This document shows, in pieces, positions 20,558 through 30,675 of a stretch of 64,000 nucleotides of DNA (the first letter of the stretch is position 1; each line of letters begins with the position of its first letter). Source of the stretch: Pseudomonadota bacterium. Its GTDB lineage: Bacteria > Pseudomonadota > Gammaproteobacteria > Pseudomonadales > Oleiphilaceae. The position numbers were made by a program, and so were the translations under genes. Location: positions 3,123-67,122 of the forward strand of contig JAEZAA010000175.1 in the NCBI GenBank assembly GCA_023430625.1. The letters run 5' to 3'. A model generated the notes under the pieces. The model searched no databases and was not told the DNA's origin. It was given only the letters and a program-made list of their open reading frames with translations.

Positions 20558-22777
20558 CTATCGCCGCCACTGAATGCGCCAGCAGCGATGGATCTTCGGG
20601 TTGCGCTCAAAATCCAGGTCCAGCGTCTGGCTGCTGATTTCCGTCACTTCATAACGCGCCGCCACCGCCTCGCTCAACTGAAACCGGCGATAGTTGTTGG
20701 AAAACAACAGCACGCCATCTCGCTCCAGCAACCGCATGCAATGCTCGATCAGAACATCGTGGTCGCGCTGGATATCCAGCACGTTGTCGGTTCGCTTGGA
20801 ATTTGAAAACGTAGGCGGGTCCAGAAAAATCAGATCAAAGCGATCCCTACTTTCTTCAAGCCACTGCATGCAGTCTGCCTGAATAAACTGATGCTGCTGC
20901 TCGCTGAAGCCGTTGAGCGTGAGATTGCGCCGAGCCCAGTTAATATAGGTGCCGGACAGGTCGACACTGGTGGTACGGCGGGCACCGCCCTTGGCGGCAT
21001 GCACGGTGGCCGCGCCGGTATAGCAGAAGAGGTTCAGAAACCGCAGCCCCTTGGCATTCTGCTGAATCCAGCGCCGCACAGGCCGATGATCCAGAAACAG
21101 GCCCGTGTCCAGGTAATCCCGCAGGTTTACGTAGAACCGGCAGCCTACTTCGCCGACTTCCAGCTCATGGCGACTACTATCCAGCTTCTGATATTGCTGG
21201 GTGCCTTTTTGCTGCCGGCGCTCCTTGAGCACAATCCGCTCCGCCGGTACGCCCGTCACCTGCGGCAGGCTCAGCACCAGTTCCTGAAGACGCTGCTCGG
21301 CCTTGACCGGGTCGACCGACTTGGGCGGCGCATACTCCTGCACGTGCAGCCAATCCCGATAGCGATCGATGGCCACCGCATATTCCGGCAGGTCCGCATC
21401 GTAAATGCGATAGCATTCGATGTTCGCACGCTGCGCCCATTTATCCAGTTTTTTCATATTCTTGCGCAGGCGATTAGCGAACATCTGCACCGCCTCGCTC
21501 AAGGCAACGGCAGACGATGTTGGCGCCACGCCGCTGGAGGTAGGCTGCAGCTCGCGAAACACCTGCTCGGGCTCTACCCGGAACAACAGTAATTTACAGG
21601 CAATGGCGCCGTTGAAGAACGCATACTGGTGGTGACTGCGCAGCCCCAGGAACTTGCCAAGCCCGGGATTGCCGGTAAAGACCGCCGCCCGCCAGCCCTG
21701 ACAATAGCGCCGCAGCACCTCGCCGATCGCCTGATACAGGGGCTGCACCGTAATCTCATCGCTCAGACGCTCACCATAGGGCGGATTCGTCACCAGCAAG
21801 CCAGACTGCTCCCAACTGGGTGGCAGACGAAACTCCGCCAGGGCACGCCGCTCCACATGCACGAGACCGACCAACCCGGCTCGCTCAAGATTGCTTTGGG
21901 CCGCCTTGACCGCTTTCAGATCCGCGTCGAAGCCCTGAATAACCGCGCTCAGGCGCTCACACCCCTGCTCCCGACGAAGCCGTGCCTCGTCCAGCAGCGC
22001 CTTCCAGTGATCGAGCTGGTATGACGGCCAGCGCTGAAACCCGAAGACTGGATCCAGCAAACCGGGCGCGCTATCGGTGGCCAGCCAGGCCGCTTCAATC
22101 AGCAGGGTGCCGGAACCACACATGGGATCGACCAGTGGCGCCCCCTGGCGAGCCAGCTCAGGCCAATCAGCACGCAACAGAATGGCCGCCGCCAGGTTCT
22201 CCTTCAGTGGCGCTTCGCCACCGCTGAGCCGGTAACCCCGCTGGTGCAGGCTGCGCCCGCCCAGATCCAGATACAGACTGACCCGGTCCCGCCGCAGCAG
22301 CGCCTGCACCCTCAGATCCGGGAAACTCTTGTCGATATTGGGGCGTTCAAGACCCTGCTCGCGGAATTCATCCACGATCGCATCCTTGATCCGCAAGGCA
22401 CCAAAATGGGTGTGCTGGATGCTGTCGGAGCGTCCTCGGAAATCCACCAGCAGCGTGCCGCCGGGACGCAGATAGGCGGGCCAGTACACCTGGCGAGCCG
22501 CCGCATAGAGCTCATCCGCATTGGCGGCAGGATATTGCCCCAGCTCGATCAACAGGCGATTCGCCAGACGGGACCAGAGACACAGGCGATAGCCGCCAAC
22601 CAGGTCAATTTGGCCGCGCACACCATTGACGGTCAGTTGCGTCCCCGTTGCGCCGAGCTGTTGCAGCTCCGTTTCCAGTAGTTGCTCCAGCCCCTTGGGG
22701 CAGGTTGCGAGAAAAGTCAGGGGAGACGACACAAGGTCTTGCATAGATTGCTGCATAAACTGAATGGCTGGCATCAC
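20558..22777 (-). CDS. rlmL: Bifunctional 23S rRNA methyltransferase RlmKL (m2G2445 / m7G2069)
   Basis: THUMP region plus two SAM-MTase domains (DPMCGSGTLLIEA, NPPYGERL, LNLFCYTGAATV, DPPTFS). The start is uncertain: ATGs at 22777, 22756 and 22744. Confidence 0.9.
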   Translation of the reverse strand: MMPAIQFMQQSMQDLVSSPLTFLATCPKGLEQLLETELQQLGATGTQLTVNGVRGQIDLVGGYRLCLWSRLANRLLIELGQYPAANADELYAAARQVYWPAYLRPGGTLLVDFRGRSDSIQHTHFGALRIKDAIVDEFREQGLERPNIDKSFPDLRVQALLRRDRVSLYLDLGGRSLHQRGYRLSGGEAPLKENLAAAILLRADWPELARQGAPLVDPMCGSGTLLIEAAWLATDSAPGLLDPVFGFQRWPSYQLDHWKALLDEARLRREQGCERLSAVIQGFDADLKAVKAAQSNLERAGLVGLVHVERRALAEFRLPPSWEQSGLLVTNPPYGERLSDEITVQPLYQAIGEVLRRYCQGWRAAVFTGNPGLGKFLGLRSHHQYAFFNGAIACKLLLFRVEPEQVFRELQPTSSGVAPTSSAVALSEAVQMFANRLRKNMKKLDKWAQRANIECYRIYDADLPEYAVAIDRYRDWLHVQEYAPPKSVDPVKAEQRLQELVLSLPQVTGVPAERIVLKERRQQKGTQQYQKLDSSRHELEVGEVGCRFYVNLRDYLDTGLFLDHRPVRRWIQQNAKGLRFLNLFCYTGAATVHAAKGGARRTTSVDLSGTYINWARRNLTLNGFSEQQHQFIQADCMQWLEESRDRFDLIFLDPPTFSNSKRTDNVLDIQRDHDVLIEHCMRLLERDGVLLFSNNYRRFQLSEAVAARYEVTEISSQTLDLDFERNPKIHRCWRIQWRR

Positions 22778-22981
22778 TCAAGGTGAAAGAAAGGAAAGGT
22801 TGGCAAATTATCTCTGTTGCCGGGCCAGTCTCAACTGATGCCAAACAACGAGTTAGAAGTCCTAATAGCCATTACCCATAAAAACAGCCATGTATATACG
22901 AATTAATTCCTATACAAGGCCGACTAGATTCGGTTTACTCGGAGACGTAGCGCTACAAAAAAACGCGTAAGCGTATCTCTA

Positions 22982-23009
22982 GTTGCGGCAGTATGCAACC
23001 GCTTTTTTT
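22982..23009 (+). terminator. Weak terminator-like hairpin plus T7 run inside the rlmL-rmf spacer
   Basis: GTTGC-N8-GCAAC followed by CGCTTTTTTT. The stem is short, so this is tentative. Confidence 0.3.
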
Positions 23010-23144
23010 GGTTGCTGACCCAACGAGGAATGATTAAGTAACCAAATGCTGATGAAAGCAAGGAGTGTTGCCCGCTATACGACCGAAACACACGCCGATA
23101 CATACTTTCCGAAAGCCAAACGAATGCAATGAGGTTGGTTAAGA

Positions 23145-23369
23145 ATGAAGAGACAAAAGCGTGATTTAGCTGAAAGAGCCTACAACCGTGGTTACCATGC
23201 AGGCTTAAGCGGTCGATCCAAAAGTTTATGTCCTACCGAGAACGCGGCTGTGCGCCAAAGCTGGATGAATGGCTGGCGAGCCGGACGCGAGGACAACTGG
23301 AGCGGATATCAAGGTGTTTCCGCAATTCACCGACTCCCAGACGTCACGCTCACTCAAAGCGCGGTTTGA
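23145..23369 (+). CDS. rmf: Ribosome modulation factor
   Basis: MKRQKRD..ERA..RGY.AG..GRSK..CP and W..GWR match E. coli Rmf almost residue for residue over the first 50 aa. Confidence 0.9.
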   Translation: MKRQKRDLAERAYNRGYHAGLSGRSKSLCPTENAAVRQSWMNGWRAGREDNWSGYQGVSAIHRLPDVTLTQSAV

Positions 23370-23420
23370 TTTTTAGCAATTACAAACTTTCCTTATCCAG
23401 GGCTTCTTAGCGCCCTGCCC

Positions 23421-23450
23421 CGGCCCGCATTTAGCGGGCCGTTCTTTTTT
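23421..23450 (+). terminator. Rho-independent terminator after rmf
   Basis: CGGCCCGC-ATTTA-GCGGGCCG followed by TTCTTTTTT. Confidence 0.8.
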
Positions 23451-23489
23451 AGCCCTTCTTATTTTTTAGCAATTTGGAAAGGCCGGCTA

Positions 23490-24524
23490 TTAGGAACCCG
23501 CTCTCTGGCGCTGCGCCAACGCGGTGGCCACCTGATGAATCAGCGCCGGCCCGTGGTAAATCAACCCACTGTAGATCTGCACCAGGCTGGCCCCAGCCTC
23601 CATTTTCTCAAGCGCCGAGGCCGCATCCGTAATCCCGCCTACGGCAATGATCGGCACCCGCCCATCCAGCCGCTCCGCCAGACAACGAATGACACGCGTG
23701 GATATCTCCCGCAATGGCGCCCCGCTCAGACCGCCTTGCTCGTCCGCATGAGGCAATCCCTTCACCCCCTCTCGCGACAGCGTGGTATTCGTGGCGATCA
23801 CCCCATCCACTTCGAACTCCAACAGGGTGTCGGCAACCAGCCTCACCTCATGATCGGCCATGTCGGGCGCAATCTTGAATGCCACCGGCACGTAGCGACC
23901 ATATTCCCGGGCAAGCTTGGCCTGCTCCTCTTTCACGGTACTGACCAAATCCTTCAGCGCATCGCCGAACTGGAGACTTCGCAGTCCCGGCGTATTGGGC
24001 GAGGACACATTGGCCGTGATATAGGAGGCATAGGGATAAACCCGACGCATACCGATCAAATAATCATCGGCAGCACGCTCGACTGGTGTGTCGGCATTCT
24101 TGCCGACGTTGATACCAATCACCCCTTCGTACCGGCTCTGGCGGACCCGTTCGATCAGATGATCAACGCCCAGGTTGTTAAAGCCCATCCGGTTGATGAT
24201 TGCCTCGCGCTCCGTGATTCGGAACAGGCGGGGGCGAGCATTACCAGGCTGTGGCCGCGGCGTCACCGTCCCCAACTCAAGAAAGCCAAAGCCTAGCGCA
24301 GCCAAACCGTCGATACACTCGCCGTTCTTGTCGAGTCCTGCCGCCAAACCGACCGGATTACGAAATTCCAATCCCATGACTTTGACAGGACTGATCACAG
24401 GGGATGGCACCAGCAACGGCGTCAGCCGAAGCCGGGCTGCCGTAGCCAACAAATCCAGAGTCAATTCATGCGCATTCTCCGGATCAAGCCGAAACAACAT
24501 GCGACGGACAAATTTGTAAGACAT
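23490..24524 (-). CDS. pyrD: Quinone-dependent dihydroorotate dehydrogenase (class 2)
   Basis: Membrane-associated N-terminal helix. Also [21 protein letters not shown] and GGI..A..A motifs. Confidence 0.95.
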   Translation of the reverse strand: MSYKFVRRMLFRLDPENAHELTLDLLATAARLRLTPLLVPSPVISPVKVMGLEFRNPVGLAAGLDKNGECIDGLAALGFGFLELGTVTPRPQPGNARPRLFRITEREAIINRMGFNNLGVDHLIERVRQSRYEGVIGINVGKNADTPVERAADDYLIGMRRVYPYASYITANVSSPNTPGLRSLQFGDALKDLVSTVKEEQAKLAREYGRYVPVAFKIAPDMADHEVRLVADTLLEFEVDGVIATNTTLSREGVKGLPHADEQGGLSGAPLREISTRVIRCLAERLDGRVPIIAVGGITDAASALEKMEAGASLVQIYSGLIYHGPALIHQVATALAQRQRAGS

Positions 24525-24659
24525 GGACTGTCACTTCCTGGCAATAAAAGTCGGCCATTATAGCCACATCGATCGCCGGCTTACATCACGGCACAATCAG
24601 CGCGCAGTATCCGGAAACCAGAACACCCCAGCCCCACCCCATTTCGGTGCGGGAGAAGA

Positions 24660-24713
24660 GTATCCACAAAGAGAGTAAAGAACATTTCATTTATCCACGG
24701 ATTCTGTGGATAA
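24660..24713. promoter_or_regulatory. Cluster of three DnaA boxes
   Basis: GTATCCACA (24660-24668, 8/9), TTATCCACG (24691-24699, 8/9) and TGTGGATAA (24705-24713, a perfect reverse TTATCCACA). The last two form an inverted pair separated by 5 bp. Confidence 0.65.
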
Positions 24714-24941
24714 CTTTGTTGATAGTCGGCGGGAAAAACAGGGGGAGCCGCGTGGGTAGAGACCCCCTTACAAATTGGTCACTTTTTAATCAGAACCCAG
24801 AAGCGCATTCAAATTCAAATCGTTACAACTTGACACTTTTGTCATTAGCGTCTATGTGCGCGCAGAAACCATCGAATCAAGGAGTTAACGTACTGACGCC
24901 GACAATATGCCGGCAGGTTCGCTTCAAGGGACGAGCCCGGC

Positions 24942-25214
24942 TCAACGCACAAACCCCAACACCAAGCCATCGTCATCGCCGCGCAGCACCTTCATGGGCA
25001 CGCTGGCGCCTGCCGATCCCAGCAGCCCATTTACTTGGACGCTAACCACCGCACCCTGGCCTGGTGCAGCGGTAAGAGGACCTTGCACATACACACACTC
25101 ATCCGACATATCTCTGGTCGTCATGAGGGTACGCCCCATTGCAGGATGACAGACAAAGACACTGAGGTTCATTTTCATCCGCGGATGTCGGCGCTTATCT
25201 GACGTTGCCATCAT
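24942..25214 (-). CDS. Small PilZ-domain protein
   Basis: KRRHPRMK (the RxxxR motif) at the N-terminus, then DMSDEC where D/NxSxxG is expected, and C-terminal KVLRGDDDGLVLGF. A GGGAGGG SD lies 4 nt before the ATG at 25214. Confidence 0.65.
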   Translation of the reverse strand: MMATSDKRRHPRMKMNLSVFVCHPAMGRTLMTTRDMSDECVYVQGPLTAAPGQGAVVSVQVNGLLGSAGASVPMKVLRGDDDGLVLGFVR

Positions 25215-25518
25215 TTCACCCTCCCAATTAGTGTTGTGCAATATTCATCCAAGTACTGCCCTGTCTACCGGTTATTGTTTTAGTCAGGCTCCAACCAACA
25301 GGACCGAACACATTATCGGTCGCGAGTGGAGCTCCTTCAATTTACTTGAAGTAGTTCTCAATTTCTGTTACGAGACAGTAATCTTCGGCGCATTATCAAT
25401 ACCTTAGCGCCGCACACCATAAATGCGTCGCTGCCAACACCGGCATTCCCGCCAACAAAGATCAGGCAAGCCGCGCCACAACAGGCATAAACTGATCGTT
25501 TGCGTACTTAATTGTGCG

Positions 25519-27006
25519 CTATTTTGGCGCACTTCCCGTTGAGGAAATGGCAGTCACGCCAAGGGTGGTTTCCTGCACATCATCTAGCGCCTGGCCAACC
25601 AAGTCCTCGTCCAGCTTTTTACTGGTACGAGCACCGAGCACCTTCAAATTCTCGACCCGGCGCACCAGGTTCCCCTTACCCTCAGTCAGCTTGTTGTAGG
25701 CCCTGTCCCAGGCCTGTTGAGCACCGCCCAAGCGCTGCCCAACCTCCTGCAGATCCGCAACAAAGGCGACAAACTTGTCGTACAGATTGCCTGCTTGGCG
25801 CGCAATTTCCTGGGAATTCCGCGACTGATACTCGTAGCGCCAGATATTGTGGATCGTGCGCAACGTCGCCAGCAGTGTCGAGGGGGAAACCAGAACGATG
25901 TTCTGCTCGAACGCCTCGTTGAACAGCTCCGCGTCCGTCTGAATGGCTGCACTGAAGGCACCCTCCACCGGAATGAACAGCAGCACGAAATCCAGCGAGC
26001 TCAGACCCTGCAGATCCTGGTACTGCTTCTTGCCGAGCCCTCGAATATGGTTGCGCACAGACTGCACATGCTGGCGCAGATGCCCTTCACCAGCCTCCGT
26101 GGTCTCCGAGGCGCTATAGGCGGCAAATGCTGTCAGGCTGACCTTGGAGTCGATCACCACATGCTTGTTCTCGGGCAGATGAACCACCACGTCCGGTTGC
26201 AGCCGTTGCCCCTGCTCATCCCGGTGACTGCTCTGCACCTGGTATTCGCGCCCTCGCACTAAGCCGGAGCGCTCCAGCAGCCGCTCTAGGATGACCTCCC
26301 CCCAGGCGCCCTGCACTTTACTCTGCCCTTTCAGAGCATTGGTCAGGTTCAGGGCATCGACGCTGATGCGCTCATTGAGCGATTGCAGCCGCTTGATCTC
26401 GCTGGCCAGCGAGAAACGTTGCTGGGCTTCCTTGTCGTAGGTTTCTTCGACCTTTTGGCGAAAATCGGACAACTGGGTCTTCAGGGGCTGCAGAATACTG
26501 TCCAGATTGGAACGGTTCTGCTCGGCGAATTTGAGACTGTTCTCATCCAGCACCTTGGTGGCCAGGGACTTGAACTCATGGGACAGCTGCTCACGCGCAT
26601 CCAACAGCAAGCGCAGCTTTTCATCGTGGTGGGCCTGGGACTGGCGAAGCTCCGCGTCGACTTCAGCCAAGCGGGACTGCAAGGCACTGCGCTCGACTCG
26701 CAATGCGGCCGCCTCGGTCTCCAGTTGCTGCAAACCTTCCAGGCGCGCTCGCAGGGCACCGTTTTCACGCAGCAGCGCCTGCTGGGCGGCCAGGGTTGAA
26801 TCATGCTCTGCCTGCAGCTCCGCCCAGTCCCCATCCAGCCGCTCGATATCGCGATCACGACTGGACAGTCGCTCCTGGAGCAGGGCCAATTCGGTCTTTA
26901 ACCCCTGCAACTGTTGCTGAGAACGGATTCGGGCTACCAGAAATCCCAGCGCCGCAGCAGCCAGGGCGCTACCGGCGAGCCAGGGCCAGATCATCGTAAG
27001 GGTCAT
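25519..27006 (-). CDS. rmuC: DNA recombination protein RmuC
   Basis: N-terminal TM helix, a long coiled coil, and a C-terminal RmuC nuclease-like region (PDVVVHLPENKHVVIDSKVSL). Start trimmed to MTLTMIWPW, which has an AGAGGA SD. Confidence 0.9.
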   Translation of the reverse strand: MTLTMIWPWLAGSALAAAALGFLVARIRSQQQLQGLKTELALLQERLSSRDRDIERLDGDWAELQAEHDSTLAAQQALLRENGALRARLEGLQQLETEAAALRVERSALQSRLAEVDAELRQSQAHHDEKLRLLLDAREQLSHEFKSLATKVLDENSLKFAEQNRSNLDSILQPLKTQLSDFRQKVEETYDKEAQQRFSLASEIKRLQSLNERISVDALNLTNALKGQSKVQGAWGEVILERLLERSGLVRGREYQVQSSHRDEQGQRLQPDVVVHLPENKHVVIDSKVSLTAFAAYSASETTEAGEGHLRQHVQSVRNHIRGLGKKQYQDLQGLSSLDFVLLFIPVEGAFSAAIQTDAELFNEAFEQNIVLVSPSTLLATLRTIHNIWRYEYQSRNSQEIARQAGNLYDKFVAFVADLQEVGQRLGGAQQAWDRAYNKLTEGKGNLVRRVENLKVLGARTSKKLDEDLVGQALDDVQETTLGVTAISSTGSAPK

Positions 27007-27108
27007 GCTATCCTCTTTATTCTGTGGCGCACCAACCCCCTGCGGGGTGGTGCTCATCCCAGAGAATAGCCTGTTCGCTGCGGTCGCGCAGCCGTCTTGG
27101 AGCGGGGA

Positions 27109-29136
27109 TTAGTTGGCGGGAAGCAGTGCGCGGTCCTTCAAGGCGTTGATCTCGTCCCGCAGCTGGGCGGCCTTTTCGAACTCCAGATTACGCGCAGCGG
27201 CATACATCTCGGCCTCCATCTGCGCCAGGGTCTTCGCCAGCTCCTGAGGCGTACGGGCCGCCATCGCGGTCTTGTAGCCCGGTGACTGTTCCGCCACCCG
27301 AGACGTCTGCCCGCGGGACTTGGTCCGGGCACCAGGCACGGCGCCTTCCATGATGTCCGTGATCTTCTTATTCAATCCTTTCGGCACGATACCGTGCGCT
27401 TCATTATGAGCGACCTGTTTGGCCCGACGGCGCTCGGTTTCATCCATGGCACGTTGCATCGAGCCGGTTATGCGGTCTGCATACAGGATCGCCTTGCCCC
27501 GCACGTTCCGGGCAGCACGCCCGATGGTCTGGATCAGTGAGCGGTCGGAACGCAGGAATCCTTCCTTATCGGCGTCGAGAATGGCGACCAGAGAAACCTC
27601 CGGCATGTCCAACCCTTCCCGCAGCAAGTTGATGCCCACCAGGACATCGAACACGCCGAGCCGCAAATCGCGAATGATCTCCACCCGCTCCACCGTATCG
27701 ATATCCGAATGCAGGTAGCGGACGCGAATCCCCTGCTCCAGCAGGAAATCCGTGAGATCCTCGGCCATGCGTTTGGTCAGGGTCGTCACCAGAACCCGGT
27801 CTCCTGCCTGCACCCGGTCCCGGGCTTCCGATAACAGGTCGTCCACCTGCGTGGTCGCCGGGCGCACCTCGATCTCGGGATCGATCAGGCCGGTCGGCCG
27901 AACCACCTGCTCCACGACCTGGCTGGCATGCTCCTGCTCATACGGCCCCGGCGTGGCTGACACAAAAATCATTTGGGGCGCGATGCTCTCCCATTCGTCA
28001 AAGCGCATGGGACGGTTATCCATCGCCGACGGCATCCGGAACCCGTACTGCACCAGCGTTTCTTTCCGGGACCGGTCACCCCGATACATGCCGCCAAGTT
28101 GCGGAATGGTCACGTGGGACTCGTCCACCACCAGCAGTGAATTAGGCGGCAGGTAATCGAACAGGGTTGGCGGCGGCTGCCCGGGACCGCGTCCAGACAG
28201 ATAGCGGGAGTAGTTCTCGATGCCATTGCAGTAACCCAGCTCCAGCATCATTTCCAGGTCAAACCGGGTCCGCTCCTCCAGCCGCTGCGCCTCCAGCAAT
28301 TTGCCGTTATCCCGAAAATATTGCAGGCGCTCGGCAAGCTCCAGCTTGATACCTTCGATTGCCTCCAGCACTTTTTCCCGGGGCGTCACATAGTGGGACT
28401 TGGGATAGATCGTTACCCGTGGAACCCGGCGCAGGATTTCTCCCGTCAGGGGGTCGAAGAATGCCAGACTCTCGATCTCTTCGTCGAACAGCTCCACGCG
28501 AATCGCATCCTTATCGGATTCCGCCGGAAAGATGTCAATGACATCCCCCTTGGCCCGGTAGGTCGCACGGTGTAACTCCATGTCGTTACGGGTGTACTGG
28601 AGCTCTGCCAGACGTCGCAACAGGGTGCGCTGATCGATCCGGTCGCCGCGATCCAAGTGCAGCATCATCTTCAGGTAGGACTGCGGATCGCCCAAGCCGT
28701 AGATCGACGACACCGTCGCCACGATGATGGCATCCGGCCGCTCCAGCAACGCCTTGGTCGCCGATAGCCGCATCTGCTCGATATGCTCGTTGATGGAGGC
28801 ATCCTTCTCGATGAAGGTGTCCGACGAGGGCACGTAGGCTTCCGGCTGGTAGTAGTCGTAATAGGAAACGAAATACTCCACGGAGTTATTGGGGAAGAAC
28901 TCCTTGAACTCGCCGTAGAGCTGAGCCGCCAACGTCTTGTTTGGCGCCAGGATAATGGTTGGCCGCTGGACGCTCGCCACCACGTTGGCAATGGTGAATG
29001 TTTTCCCGGAGCCGGTCACTCCGAGCAGCGTCTGATGCATCAGCCCGTCGTTCAATCCCTGTACTAACTGGCGGATCGCCTCAGGCTGATCTCCCGACGG
29101 CTGAAACGGCGAGGAGACCTTGAATTCATGCGACAT
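27109..29136 (-). CDS. uvrB: Excinuclease ABC subunit B
   Basis: [10 protein letters not shown] Walker A, DESH box, beta-hairpin region, and a C-terminal UVR domain ([17 protein letters not shown]). Confidence 0.97.
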   Translation of the reverse strand: MSHEFKVSSPFQPSGDQPEAIRQLVQGLNDGLMHQTLLGVTGSGKTFTIANVVASVQRPTIILAPNKTLAAQLYGEFKEFFPNNSVEYFVSYYDYYQPEAYVPSSDTFIEKDASINEHIEQMRLSATKALLERPDAIIVATVSSIYGLGDPQSYLKMMLHLDRGDRIDQRTLLRRLAELQYTRNDMELHRATYRAKGDVIDIFPAESDKDAIRVELFDEEIESLAFFDPLTGEILRRVPRVTIYPKSHYVTPREKVLEAIEGIKLELAERLQYFRDNGKLLEAQRLEERTRFDLEMMLELGYCNGIENYSRYLSGRGPGQPPPTLFDYLPPNSLLVVDESHVTIPQLGGMYRGDRSRKETLVQYGFRMPSAMDNRPMRFDEWESIAPQMIFVSATPGPYEQEHASQVVEQVVRPTGLIDPEIEVRPATTQVDDLLSEARDRVQAGDRVLVTTLTKRMAEDLTDFLLEQGIRVRYLHSDIDTVERVEIIRDLRLGVFDVLVGINLLREGLDMPEVSLVAILDADKEGFLRSDRSLIQTIGRAARNVRGKAILYADRITGSMQRAMDETERRRAKQVAHNEAHGIVPKGLNKKITDIMEGAVPGARTKSRGQTSRVAEQSPGYKTAMAARTPQELAKTLAQMEAEMYAAARNLEFEKAAQLRDEINALKDRALLPAN

Positions 29137-29346
29137 GACGATGACCGATCCCGAACGAAGATGATATGATTATACTGTTTTGTCTGCTTGGTTTTGGAAC
29201 TGATTCACGTGGCAATCCAGGCCCCTTAGACATCCGCGGAACAGGCTCTTTCCGCACGATGATCTCAGGCGCCATCTGCGAAAACAATCGGTTCCCGGCG
29301 ACGCTGCCATGACACATCAATCACCCCATCCTTTGAGGATACTGGC

Positions 29347-30537
29347 TTGGACGTACAACTTTCCCACCGTGTGCAAACCATCAAACCATCCCCCACGCTG
29401 GCAGTCACCAACAGAGCCAGTGAACTGCGGGCTGCTGGTAAGGATATTATTGGCCTGGGTGCCGGCGAACCTGATTTCGACACCCCGGAGCATATCAAGG
29501 AAGCCGCTATTGCCGCCATTCGCGGCGGACAAACCAAGTATACCGCGGTGGACGGTACCCCGGGACTGAAGAAAGCCATTATCCAGAAATTCCAGCGCGA
29601 CAACGGACTGGAATACCAAGCAAACCAGATCCTGGTGTCCAGCGGCGGCAAGCAAAGCTTCTTCAACCTGTCCCTGGCCATCATCAATCCGGGCGACGAA
29701 GTCGTCATCCCCGCCCCTTACTGGGTCTCCTACCCGGATATGGTCCTGGTGGCGGAAGGCAAGCCTGTCATTATTGAAACCAACCAGGCTCAGCAGTTCA
29801 AAATCACCCCACAACAACTCGAAGCGGCGATTACCCCCAAAACCAAGCTGGTGGTACTCAACAGCCCGTCCAACCCGACCGGTATGGCCTACTCCCGCAC
29901 CGAGCTGCGCGCCCTGGCGGACGTCCTGGTGAAGCACCCGCACGTAATGGTCGCCAGCGACGACATGTACGAACACATCCTCTGGACGCCAGAACCGTTC
30001 TCCAACATTTTGAACGTGGCGCCCGAACTGTACGACCGGACCTTCGTCCTGAATGGTGTCTCCAAGGCCTACTCGATGACGGGCTGGCGCATCGGCTACG
30101 CCGCAGGCCCCGCCAAGATCATTGGCGCCATGAAGAAAATCCAATCCCAAAGCACCTCCAACCCCGCGTCAATTTCCCAGGCCGCTGCCCAGGCCGCGCT
30201 CGACGGGGACCAGAGCTGCATCACCAGCATGATCAAGGAGTTTAAGCGCCGCCACGACTTCCTGGTGAACGCACTCAACGAAATCCCCGGCGTCGACTGT
30301 ATCCCCGTGGATGGAACCTTCTATGCGTTCCCCAGCTTCCATCAGGTCATCGACCGCCTGCCAGGCATCAACAACGACCTGGAGCTCGCCGAATTCTTCC
30401 TGAACGAAGCTGAAGTCGCCCTGGTCCCCGGCTCCTCCTTCGGTGGCGATGGCCATATGCGCCTGAGCTTTGCCACCAGCATGGAGAACCTGGAAAAAGC
30501 CGTCGACAGAATCAAGCGCGCCTTGAGCCGGTCGTAA
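29347..30537 (+). CDS. Class I pyridoxal-phosphate-dependent (aspartate-type) aminotransferase
   Basis: SKAYSMTGWRIGY PLP-lysine motif, and GEPDFDTP. TTG start at 29347 with a GAGGA SD 8 nt upstream. Confidence 0.9.
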   Translation: MDVQLSHRVQTIKPSPTLAVTNRASELRAAGKDIIGLGAGEPDFDTPEHIKEAAIAAIRGGQTKYTAVDGTPGLKKAIIQKFQRDNGLEYQANQILVSSGGKQSFFNLSLAIINPGDEVVIPAPYWVSYPDMVLVAEGKPVIIETNQAQQFKITPQQLEAAITPKTKLVVLNSPSNPTGMAYSRTELRALADVLVKHPHVMVASDDMYEHILWTPEPFSNILNVAPELYDRTFVLNGVSKAYSMTGWRIGYAAGPAKIIGAMKKIQSQSTSNPASISQAAAQAALDGDQSCITSMIKEFKRRHDFLVNALNEIPGVDCIPVDGTFYAFPSFHQVIDRLPGINNDLELAEFFLNEAEVALVPGSSFGGDGHMRLSFATSMENLEKAVDRIKRALSRS

Positions 30538-30570
30538 GTTCCAGAACTCCAGCCGATACGTAAGACCTAG

Positions 30571-30611
30571 AATCCCGCGTCACAGGCCGTTTTGGTGACG
30601 CGGGATTTTTT
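30571..30611 (+). terminator. Rho-independent terminator after the aminotransferase gene
   Basis: Perfect 13-bp stem AATCCCGCGTCAC / GTGACGCGGGATT followed by a T-run. Confidence 0.85.
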
Positions 30612-30625
30612 AAGGCGCCAAGGGC

Positions 30626-30654
30626 TTGACCGAACCCCTAAAGGCCATTAAGAT
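30626..30654 (+). promoter_or_regulatory. Sigma70-type promoter for tRNA-Asn copy 2
   Basis: TTGACC-N17-TAAGAT ending about 21 bp before the tRNA 5' end. Confidence 0.6.
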
Positions 30655-30675
30655 ACGCGCCACGTTTACCGACAT

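Noticed and set aside
24830-25149. Plus-strand TTGACA-N17-TATGTG promoter-like element with an 80-aa ORF (24907-25149) antisense to the PilZ gene
   Set aside because: The ORF product is a Pro/Ser/Thr-rich, low-complexity sequence. The nearest AAGGAG is 21 nt from its ATG. The opposite strand encodes a protein with clear PilZ motifs and a strong SD. The promoter-like hexamers may still drive an antisense RNA, but I cannot support that from sequence alone.
25365-25378. SOS-box-like palindrome CTGTTACGAGACAG upstream of the PilZ gene
   Set aside because: The spacing is CTG-N8-CAG (14 bp) rather than the 16-bp CTG-N10-CAG of gammaproteobacterial LexA boxes, and the centre is not TA-rich.
29137-29346. 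LexA box or DARS1-like DnaA boxes in the uvrB upstream region
   Set aside because: I found only a TATAAT (minus strand) about 35 nt upstream of uvrB. There is no CTG-N10-CAG and no TTATCCACA-like 9-mer on either strand.
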